A DNA stretch of 62,974 nt, counting the filler, from Octopus bimaculoides (Eukaryota), in NCBI RefSeq assembly GCF_001194135.2. It is 10 parts of 10 records of this genome, joined end to end, with 100 filler letters (N's around TTAATTAATTAA, not from the genome) between each part and the next. Parts side by side here need not be neighbours in the genome. Positions count along the whole stretch, not along the records: positions 52,239 to 54,100 come from NW_026359856.1; positions 54,201 to 62,974 come from NC_069006.1; 8 more parts are not named here. One strand, 5' to 3'. The translations under genes were made by a program, and so were the position numbers. The number at the start of each line of letters is the position of its first letter. Positions within the stretch are counted from its first letter, which is position 1. The notes under the pieces are model-generated. The model saw only the letters and a program-made list of their open reading frames with translations, was not told the DNA's origin and did no database searches. This document shows positions 53,753-62,974 of this stretch, piece after piece.

Positions 53753-54204
53753 CTGTTAAACAAATTTCAACTTGGAGCAATTATTAAACCAAAAGAAGCA
53801 AATAATCCAATTCATTACTGTGTTGTTCTTAAGAAATATCCATTTTATTTTAGTTGTTCAGAAAGTAGAATGGTTATAATATTTTATCTTCTATCTTTTT
53901 AATTCTTTCTGTCTCTGGACTGTGGTGACCATGCTGGAGCAACACTTAAAGGGCTTAGTTGAACAGATCAACCCCAGTACTTATTTTTTAAAGTCTGGCA
54001 CTTATTCTAGCAGATTTTTTTGCTGAACTGTAAAGTTATGAGGATGTAAATAAACCAACACCAGTTTTATCAAGTGGTGGTAGTAAGGACAAAAGCAGAC
54101 NNNNNNNNNNNNNNNNNNNNNNNNNNNNNNNNNNNNNNNNNNNNTTAATTAATTAANNNNNNNNNNNNNNNNNNNNNNNNNNNNNNNNNNNNNNNNNNNN
54201 CACA

Positions 54205-54485
54205 GGAAATGCTTGTGTAGATCTATCAAACCTAGTGAGACTGTGGTTGTGGCTGATACCGGTGACAGGTCAATGGCACCCATTCTGGTGGCATGTGAAA
54301 AAACACCCACTACATTCTTGGAGTGGTTGGCATTTGGAAAGGTATCCAACCGTATAAACCTTGCCAAACCAGATTGGAACTTGGTGCAGCCCCCCGACTT
54401 ACCGATTGTCAGTCGAACCGTCCAGCCGTTGTCAGGAGGGAAAGCGGACGTTAAACGATGATGATGATGATGATGATGAGGATGA
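54205..54485 (+). mobile_element. RTE LINE 3' tail with (GAT)n
   Basis: ggagtggttggcatttggaaaggtatcc...aaagcggacgttaaacgatgatgat; same tail family as 3268 and 30600-30842. Confidence 0.8.
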
Positions 54486-55494
54486 TATATAAACACACAC
54501 ACATGATGGCCCCTTTTGAGTTTCTTTCTACCAAAAGGACCCCGTAACCATGTGACTGGGAAACGAGCTTCTTACCTCACAGTCACACCTGCGTCTATAC
54601 TAGAGATAGTAATCATCGCTAAATATTCCCGGTCACAGATATTTCCGGGATAAAAAGAGACAAAAAAATTGTACGAAATGAGATAATCTAGTTTAATGAA
54701 TTTATGATAATGCATATTAATTCATTTAATTATTTATTACAATCTTTTTCCCTTATACTTTTCTTTCTCTTTTTCTTTCCACATGCTCCGACAGATTATT
54801 CTTATGCGTGGAACACGATTTCAACAAGGAGAAAGCCAAGGTCATGCGTTTTATCAAAGGTCGGAAGTATTGAGGACAATATATTACTGGTGACATCTAT
54901 TACTACATACATATATATACATACATGTATACAGACATTATACACACACACATATATATATATATACATATATATAATGATGTGTCTTGAATGGCACAAC
55001 AAGACATATTTTTCAAAGAATACACAATGCTTCAAGCGAACTACAATACTCTCCTATATAAATATTTATAAAGTTATTATGAGGACATATATAAACCTCT
55101 TATAGGACAGTTTTATGCAAGTTACACTGGTTTAATATGTTATATTTTGAAGACATAATTCTTCAATAAATATATTATACAAATATCAAATATTATCAAA
55201 TAAGAAAAAGGAAAGCTATAATGGATATAAATCAATTTCTAATTAATTAACGTTGCCTACAATTATTTCAAATTACACCCAATGCAAGTTACAAAACATA
55301 TATAATAAATTAATTTTGCATTTTTTAAAGATTTTGAGTAAATCAGTTGAAGTATTCCAACAGATCTGATTCACATTTAAATTCCGTAATGTCCATTTTG
55401 CCCTAAGATATTTCCCGAAATTCAACAGTGTACGTTTCAACACACGATTTCACATCAAGGATCTTGCAAAACAAATTGATAAACGTGTATGTAT

Positions 55495-58400
55495 ATCATC
55501 ATCATCGTCGTCGTTTAACATCCGTTTTCTATACTGGAATGAGTTGGACGGTTTGACTGAGGACTGGCAAGCCAGAAGGCTGCACCAGGCTCCAATCTAA
55601 TAGGGCAAGTTTTCTACAGTTGGATACCTCTCCTAACGCCAACCACTCCGAGAGTGTAGTGGGTGCTTTTTACGTGCCACCAGCACAGGAGCCAGTCAGG
55701 CGGGCCTGGCATCGATTACGTTCGGATTGTGCTTTTTACGTGCCACTGACACGGGGGCCAGTCAAGGGGTACTGGCATCGACCACATTCGGATGGTGCTT
55801 TTTACGTGCCACCAGCACGAGAGCCAGTCAGTGGGTACTGGCATCGGCCACGTTCAGATGGTGCTTTTTACGTGCCACTGGCACAGAAGCCAGTCAGGGG
55901 GCACTGGTCACAGCTACAATATTGGTTTTACTTGTCTCAACAGGTCTTCCCAAGCATATCATATCGCGACATGCATGGCTGCGATCTCACTTTAGTTGCC
56001 GAGTCTTCTCAATCACAGCATATCTACAAAGGTCTCGGTCTCCTGTCATTGCCTTTGTGGGACCCAATGTTTTCTTGGGTCTACCTCTTCCACAGGTTCC
56101 TTCCACTGTTAGGGTGTGGCACTTCCTCACACAGCTGTCCTCATCCATATGTAATACATGACCATACCAGCGCAGTCGTCTCTCTTGCACACCACATTTG
56201 ATACTTCTTATGCTCAACTTTTCTCTCAGGGTGCTTACACTCTGTCGTGTATGCACACTGAAATTACACATCCAGCGGATATTACTAGCTTCATTTCTTT
56301 CAAGCCTACGCATGTCCTCAGCAGTCATGACCCATGTTTCATTGCTATGTGGCATGGCAGTTCGCACACATGCATTATACAGTCTACCTTTCATCCTGAG
56401 CGAGAGGCCCTTAGTTGCCAGCAGAGGTAGGAGCTCCATGAACTTTGTCCAGGCTATTCTTACTCTAGTCGCTACACTCTCAGAGCAACCACCCTCACTA
56501 CAGACTATGTCGCCTAGGTAGCGGAAGCTATTAACTACTTCTAGTTTCTCCCCCTGGCATGTGATGGAATCTGTTTTCTGTACATCTTCAGTGTTTATTA
56601 CCCCTGTGCATCTGTCACACACAAAAACTATTTTCCCGGTTAGCCTTCCTTTGATATTGCTGCACCTTTTATGTGTCCATAACTTAGACCAGGTACATCG
56701 TATGGAGTTTCTACCTACGCCTTTTCTACAGATCGAGCAGGGCCATCCACATGAAGGGGATTGTGGTTTGACAGCCTTCCTACTTACTAAGACTTCTTTT
56801 GCTAGGTTAACCCTAAGGCCTTTCGACTCTAGACCTTGCTTCCACACCTTAAACTTCGTCTCTAGTTCTAGCAGTGACTCGGCTATTAAGGCAAGGTCAT
56901 CAGCATAGAGGAGTTCCCAGGGGCAGCCTGTTTTGAATTCCTCTGTTCTTGCCTGGAGGACTATAATGAATAAGAGGGGACTGATCCTTAGTGAACCCCC
57001 ACTTCTACTTAGAATTCTTCACTATATTCGTTGCCAACCCTCAACTTACTGACAGCATCCCGGTACAGGGCTTGCACAGCTCTTACTAGCCACTCGTCTA
57101 TCTCCAGTTTCTGCATTGACCACCAGATAATGGATCGGGGGACCCTGTCAAAGGCTTTTCCAAGTCAACAAAAGCCGAATACAGAGTTTTATCTTTGGCT
57201 AGATATTTCTCCTGCAGTTGCCTTACCAGAAATATAGCACCAGTGGTGCTTCTGCCTGGCACAAAACCAAACTGCATCTCATCTAGGCTAAATCTCTCCC
57301 TAATTAGTTGGGCTATGGCCCTCTCTGTAATTTCATCACCTGGTCCAATAATTTGATACCCCTATTGTTATTTCTATCTAAAGCATCAGCTTTACCCTTG
57401 TAGCAGTTGACTATGGTGCTGCTACACCTGTCATCGGGTATAACACCTTCATGAACTACCTGATTTACGATGCGGTTGACAGGACCATAACTCACACCGC
57501 CCGATATTTTAAACATCTCAGCGGTGATTCCTGATGGGCCAGATGCTTCCCTCTGTCTTCATATCCTTAATTACTTTATCTACCTGGGTACTGTCGATTC
57601 TGGTAGTTGGTCACTCAATTTAGCAGATTCTTCTCCTCCCGTTCATTCTCCGCATTCAGCAGTCTTTTATATTGGCATCTCCAAGTTTCTTTCTTTGCAG
57701 AATCATTCAACACAAGGGCACCATCATCCATGCGGACGCATTTCTCTCCTATGGCATCACGGTTTTCTCTCACACACCGTCTTGCAGTCCAAAATACTTC
57801 GATTCTTTGGTCATCACGTTGCTGAACATTGGCATACGTCTTCTTTTCTGCTACTCCCTTGGCTATATGTACCTATCTCCTAACTTTACTTTTGGCAATC
57901 TGATACATTCTCCTGCTATCCCAAGACTATTTCTTTGCTCTAATGGCCCTGTCTACAGTATTGTTCCACCATTATGTTACCCTAAGTTTGGAAGGGACTT
58001 TGCACCAGTCACAGATTTGGTCTGTGGCACTCAGCAAGCTTTCTCGCAGGAATTCCTAGCTGCCTTTTATGTCACAGGACTGTAGCTCCTCCTCCCTATC
58101 ATCAAATTTCTCAGTAAGGATATCCCTAAATCTCTGATCATGTGAAGGGTTCTTAAGCTTCCAAGTCCTTCTTTTCCATATTGGTCTGCTTTTTTGGCAT
58201 CTTTCTGACCTTGAGTCTAAAGTCACTAATAACTAGTCTATTTTGGGGGTACATTCTTCACCAGGGAGAGTCTTTGTATTTAAGAGCAACCATGGATCCT
58301 ACTGTTTGGTGAAGATGAAATCAATCTGGCTGGAAGAGTCACCTAATTGATAAGTTATCAGGTGGCTAGCTGGCTTCCTGAAGTTGGTGTTGCAGTTTAA

Positions 58401-59190
58401 TAGGTTATTTGCATCGTAAAACTTCAGGAGCCTAGTTCCTTCTTCATTTCTGGTACCAACTCCATGGCCCCCATGTACACCATGGAAGTTACTAGGTTGC
58501 TGTCCGACATGCCCATTAAAATCTCCAGTCACAAAGATGAGGTCATTGTCACTCGTCTTTGAGGTAGCCTGCAGAAGTATATCATAAAAGTGATCCTTCT
58601 GTTCATTTGGTGGGCTCGCTTGTGAGGCGTAGGCAGAGATAATTGTAGCTATACCATTCTGCAAGACTAACCTGAGTTTAAGCACTCTATCGCACACCCT
58701 CACTACCTCTATGACCTTATCTACCCATTTCTCTGCAAGAAGTACACCCATACCCCCTATTCCATCATTATTACCTTCCCAGAAGAGTTTATTCCTATGT
58801 GCTTTGCCTGAGAGGACTCTGGTTGAAGCTCCTCTCCACCTTACCTCTGGTATGCAACATACATCAACACGTCTCCGTTCAAGCATCTCTACAATCTCGC
58901 TAGACCTACCGTTCAATGTGCCTACACTTACAGTGCCAACTTTGAAAACTTGGAAAGAGATATAGGAGGTAACACAGGAAGATGTTATTCAGCACCTGAA
59001 AAGGTTCCCATGATCGTTTGGTAACAGACGTCATAATAGTTGTTCTTGCTTTTAATCTACCGTCATTCAAACATGTTAGAATTGCTAAGATTGTTGCCTC
59101 TACTGGGGAATGGGAGTGAGGAGGCACTGGACATGAAAGTGTTTGGGGCGTTGTAAATATGAGCGTTATGAGCATTGTGTGTGTAAGCAT
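55495..59190 (-). mobile_element. Essentially full-length but inactivated RTE-clade LINE, about 3.7 kb
   Basis: APE endonuclease at 58299-58950 (GTL...VDVCCIPEVRW...GDFNGHVG...SQIDFI), RT with LYADD at 56896-56907, C-terminal WYGHV...GRGRPKKT, 3' UTR tandem repeats and (GAT)n tail; stops and frameshifts at 56850-58300. Confidence 0.92.
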
Positions 59191-59199
59191 TACTGATGC

Positions 59200-59830
59200 T
59201 GCAGATATAAACGTAAAAAAGAGGGTAAGTGGGCTGCTATCTGGTTTAGTTATTCCAGAGAAGGTGGGGAGAGAAAGGAGAGGGCTGCAAGATTACCAAT
59301 ATAAGAGGAGAGAGAGGAAGGGAACTTGATGTCCGGTCAGGGAAAGAGATTTCCGGTATTGGTGATGGGAAAGGGTACGCGCAACCACTGACACGAAATG
59401 TCATTTTAAAGGGCAGAGCAAACACGAAAAAAAAGGTCATTTTAAAGGGTAATGAAAAATTAAACAAGTAAAACTGCCAATAGGGGAGGCGCTTTAAAGG
59501 TCCTCGTGGAAAAACCCACAAAAGCCATGGGTGCTTGATCAACAGGGCAAGAGCCCTTCTTTTATCTTTCACAGGTGTATGCTCAGAATTGGTCCTTTCA
59601 CACTGGCCATTCTTCCAACATTCACCCACCTTTCAACAAACTTGTTACAAGGCAACACTTCCCTCTCACCCCCACTTTCCTCTTCAAGTGAAACTTGAAG
59701 TTGATGGGGGTTTGGCCAAAGACGAAAGTGTCTGAGTTTAGCCCTTTCAGACGAGTCAACTATACTACCTCTTTCGCTACAGCCACCAGACAAATTAAAA
59801 ACTGCCTGCCCTTCCCGGCCAAAGGAGGGC
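59200..59830 (-). mobile_element. L1/Tx1-like LINE ORF2 C-terminus plus 3' UTR
   Basis: VAKEVV*LTRLKGL...FHLKRKVGV-/-EREVL...FVERWVNVGRMASVKGPILSIHL*, then a pyrimidine-rich UTR; clade assigned from resemblance only. Confidence 0.5.
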
Positions 59831-61019
59831 GGCGGGGCATATTCCTTTATTCTTTTATTTGTTTCAGTCATTTGACTGCAGCCATGCTGGAGCACTGCCT
59901 TTAGTCGAGCAAATCGCCCCCAGAATTTATTCTTTGTAAGCCTAGTACTTATTCTATCGGTCTCTTTTGCCAAACCACTAAGATACGGGGACGTAAACAC
60001 ACCAGCAAATTTTATTTAATATTGTTAAACACACCTCTGCCTATGGTCTTTGCAGGTTACTCAAAACTGTTAAGATTGATACAGTTGATCTTAAATAATT
60101 TCATGTTGATGGCCGCAGAAGAAAAAACATGGACAAGGAAGGAATTTCATAAGGCTAACAATCTGGTATGAAAGGATTGAAAACAGGTTAATGCTTGGTT
60201 TGCAGGTGAAATACAACCTATGTGAGCTTCGAAACCCTCGTCACCAGATGCTGTAACATGGTTTGTATCCAATATAGTAGTACCACCATTATTGGGATGA
60301 TGGCCTACGATACACGGTACCAGTGGGATACAATAAGATAACAATGCAGCAGCCAAAAGAACCAACAATAAATATTCCAAATGAACAAATCAACCAACAC
60401 TTTCCAACTTCACTGTGAAATAACACAAACTTCTACAAACCATATATACTCTCTCGGTTCAGACCATTCCTCACAAGAGGGTATCTTGACTTTCATCACA
60501 ACACTGAGATTGTAAGAGGTGACTTGTGGTTACTAACGCTGGTCTTCCATTTGTTTATTCTTATAGTTTTGTTATTGCTGTCGTTGCTGTTGTTACTGCT
60601 GGAAACCACTTCTGCCTGGTCCTGGCATTTATATGAACAATGTAGACAAAAGACAAGCATCAAATACCATTATACATAAATTCTTTATTTATTAAAATTA
60701 TCTTCAATGGTAATCAATTAGCATATTCAATATTCAAATATACCAGAACATATTAAGAATAAAGTGATCAGATTCTCGCTGTTTATTGTGTACATGAGGA
60801 TTTATCATCATCTGAGAGATACCAGCACAGATCAGCAAACCATTCCTGGTCTCTCTGCTGTCATTACACACTCAGCAATTCTCCTCCTTCGTCTACACAC
60901 CTTGGTTTACTGAGTATTCTCTGCATTCGCATTTACTGTAAACAAGGGACTCGCTTCTGGTGCTGGCACAATGACAGAGAGCACCCACTTCATGTTCCAT
61001 CGAAAACAAACTGTTTGAC

Positions 61020-61465
61020 ATGGAGCTGGTTAGCAGGGAGCTGTCCAGACTCCAATTGTCTGTTGTGGCTTGGTTTCTATGACTGGATGCCCTCCCTAAT
61101 GCCAACTACTTAACAGTCGGGCCTTTTACGTGCCACTGGCATGGGTGCTTTACTGCAGCACTGGCAGGGGTACATTTTCAGTGGCACCAGCACCTGAAAA
61201 CGCAAGTCTATATGTGTAGAAGACAGTGACTTTACGTAGCTTGACGCATCTTATCGAGTACAACAAATCACCGCACCTTCCAGTCCCTTGTCCTCTCCTC
61301 AGTGAGGCCCAGCATCCAAAGATCTTTCACCACTTTGTCCCACATCTTCATGGATCTCCCCACCCTTCCAAAATTAGAGCTTGGCACTTCTTTACACAGC
61401 TTTCCTTATCCATGTGCATCACATGACCAAACCAGCTCAGTCTTGTCTCTTGCACACATCTCACA
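61020..61465 (-). mobile_element. Diverged RTE LINE 3' fragment
   Basis: CVQETRLSWFGHVMHMDKESCVKKCQAL, followed by UTR motifs (cttttacgtgccactggca; ggatgccctccctaatgccaac on the plus strand). Confidence 0.75.
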
Positions 61466-62114
61466 TATACATAAATTTTGCCTGTGCAATTAATTTTCAA
61501 CTGTGCACAATATCCCTAGAAAATGGAAGAAATGATGCCCTAGTGACCATAGTTCTTCTTCCAGAGAATGAGATACCTGGATGAAATCACATTAGAAGAT
61601 GTACTCAATTAAATAGAACTGTAAAACCAATCATTTATCCTTTGTACATATATGGGTTGAATATGAATGACTTGCACTAAAAAATGCTTGAATAAAAAAA
61701 AATAGGTGTGACAACAGTTGTACCAATATTCAATAAAATGCAGGTATAATATTTAAAAGGCACTTCAGTTTTTACATCAAGACACTTGTTAGCAAAATAT
61801 TAATAATTATCCTTGTGGTCCTCACAAGGGAGATAATGATTTTGTTTGCGGAGACCAGCTTGACCTTTTTGTTATTACATTTCCGTTACAGTACCCTCCC
61901 TTTGTTTCAATTAATTTTGAAAAATAATGAAGAATTTATTAAAATAACTTTGTCGTCATCAAGGTGTTCAGAATATAAACTAACAAGAAATTTTGATGGA
62001 AAGCTTTCATTTAGATTCCTTTAAAAAAAGTTTGTATCATTGAACCGGGGGCAGTTTTAAGTTGGTTGGTATCAAAAGGGTTAAAGTATCGAGAGATGCA
62101 TTCTTGAGATCGAG

Positions 62115-62856
62115 AAATTAATTTTTTGTAACTAAACACTTTCAAACTTCGGACACTGGTAGAATGTGTCATATAAAACATCTTTTCCTCAAGTTATTTC
62201 GTGTTGAAGTTGTCGTATTTCGCTAATTTCAACCAATCAATGACGTGTATTCAGCTGAATAAAATTACTGCCGTTGTTTGTCAACAACAACTATCGGCGG
62301 TGTATACTTCATTTGTCACTGTTATTTATGACATCGTTCGTGCGTTTATACTGTAGGGTTTTAGGGTTAAGGTTCGGGTTTTAGAGTTAGGGTTAGGGTT
62401 GCTAGGGATAGGGTTTTAGGGTTAGGGATAGAGTTACGGAAAAATGTGAAAAATGAAGAAATTGGAGGGGGAGGGGGCAAAAATGTTTTTCCGAAAATAG
62501 TACCTGAAAAACAGGGGGAAAAAAAACTAAAAGCAGTAGAAATGCACGAACGATTGTGGTGGTGCCATGAAGTAAACATGCTTCAGAGACACTCGTTTAT
62601 TCATACAAACATAACTGAGATGAAATGTGTCATAAATAACAGTGAGAAACGAACTATACACCACCGGAAGTTGTTGTTGACAAACAACAGCAGTAATTGT
62701 TTTTACCTCAATACACGTCATTGATTGGTTGAAATTACCGAAATACAACTTTAACACGAAATAACTTCAAAAATGCAAAGAGTAAATGATGTTTTATGTG
62801 ACACATTCTACTAGTATACGAATTTAGAAAGTGTTTAGTTACAAAAAAATTATTTT
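62115..62856. mobile_element. Foldback/MITE-like element with ~220-230-bp inverted arms
   Basis: 62115-62333 matches the reverse complement of 62628-62856 (tttttgtaactaaacactttc...ttcaaccaatcaatgacgtgtat...ctgttatttatgaca). Confidence 0.85.
62354..62435 (+). repeat. Degenerate telomere-like (TTAGGG)n tract inside the foldback element
   Basis: tagggttttagggttaaggttcgggttttagagttagggttagggttgctagggatagggttttagggttaggg. Confidence 0.85.
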
Positions 62857-62974
62857 TTTAAATATGCCGGCCAAAGGATACCACCTCCTCGGCACTGCCC
62901 TCCTCACCCCCTTCGCCCCCGCTCCCAGAACATCCCGCCTTCATGCGCCCCTTCCTGCCGCATAGGAAGCGTGT

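Noticed and set aside
60147-60412. Signal-peptide-like ORF (MEYLLLVLLAAALL...) and an overlapping hydrophobic frame as possible protease 5' exon or TM exon
   Set aside because: The ORF starts at TTG, not ATG; there is no convincing donor; hydrophobic translations are common in T-rich DNA.
60567-60700. Cysteine-string-like frame FCYCCRCCCYCWKP
   Set aside because: It arises from a (GCT/GTT)-type low-complexity run; there is no J-domain or other exon support.

Overview
Animal genomic DNA from a gapped draft assembly, most likely an octopus (inferred from the tRNA-derived SINE families, RTE LINE tails and extreme microsatellite load; not database-confirmed). The window is mostly repeats: three recurrent SINE families, RTE, R4-like (RLE), L1/Tx1-like and CR1/Jockey-like LINE remnants, Penelope-like (PLE) remnants, mariner ends and MITE/foldback elements. 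The only well-supported host gene is a trypsin-family (S1A) serine protease on the minus strand. Two of its exons (53637-53752 and 52260-52427) splice in frame and carry the catalytic-Asp motif DYDIAL; I did not find the His57 or Ser195 exons. The most notable structure is a ~527-bp near-perfect palindrome (45949-46475) whose two arms each carry an identical minimal type I hammerhead-ribozyme-like motif, one per strand. Other notable structures are a tail-to-tail mariner hairpin, a foldback element enclosing TTAGGG-like repeats, an RTE copy with twin-priming geometry, and a SINE head-to-tail junction shared by two distant loci. Repeat boundaries are approximate and were read by eye.
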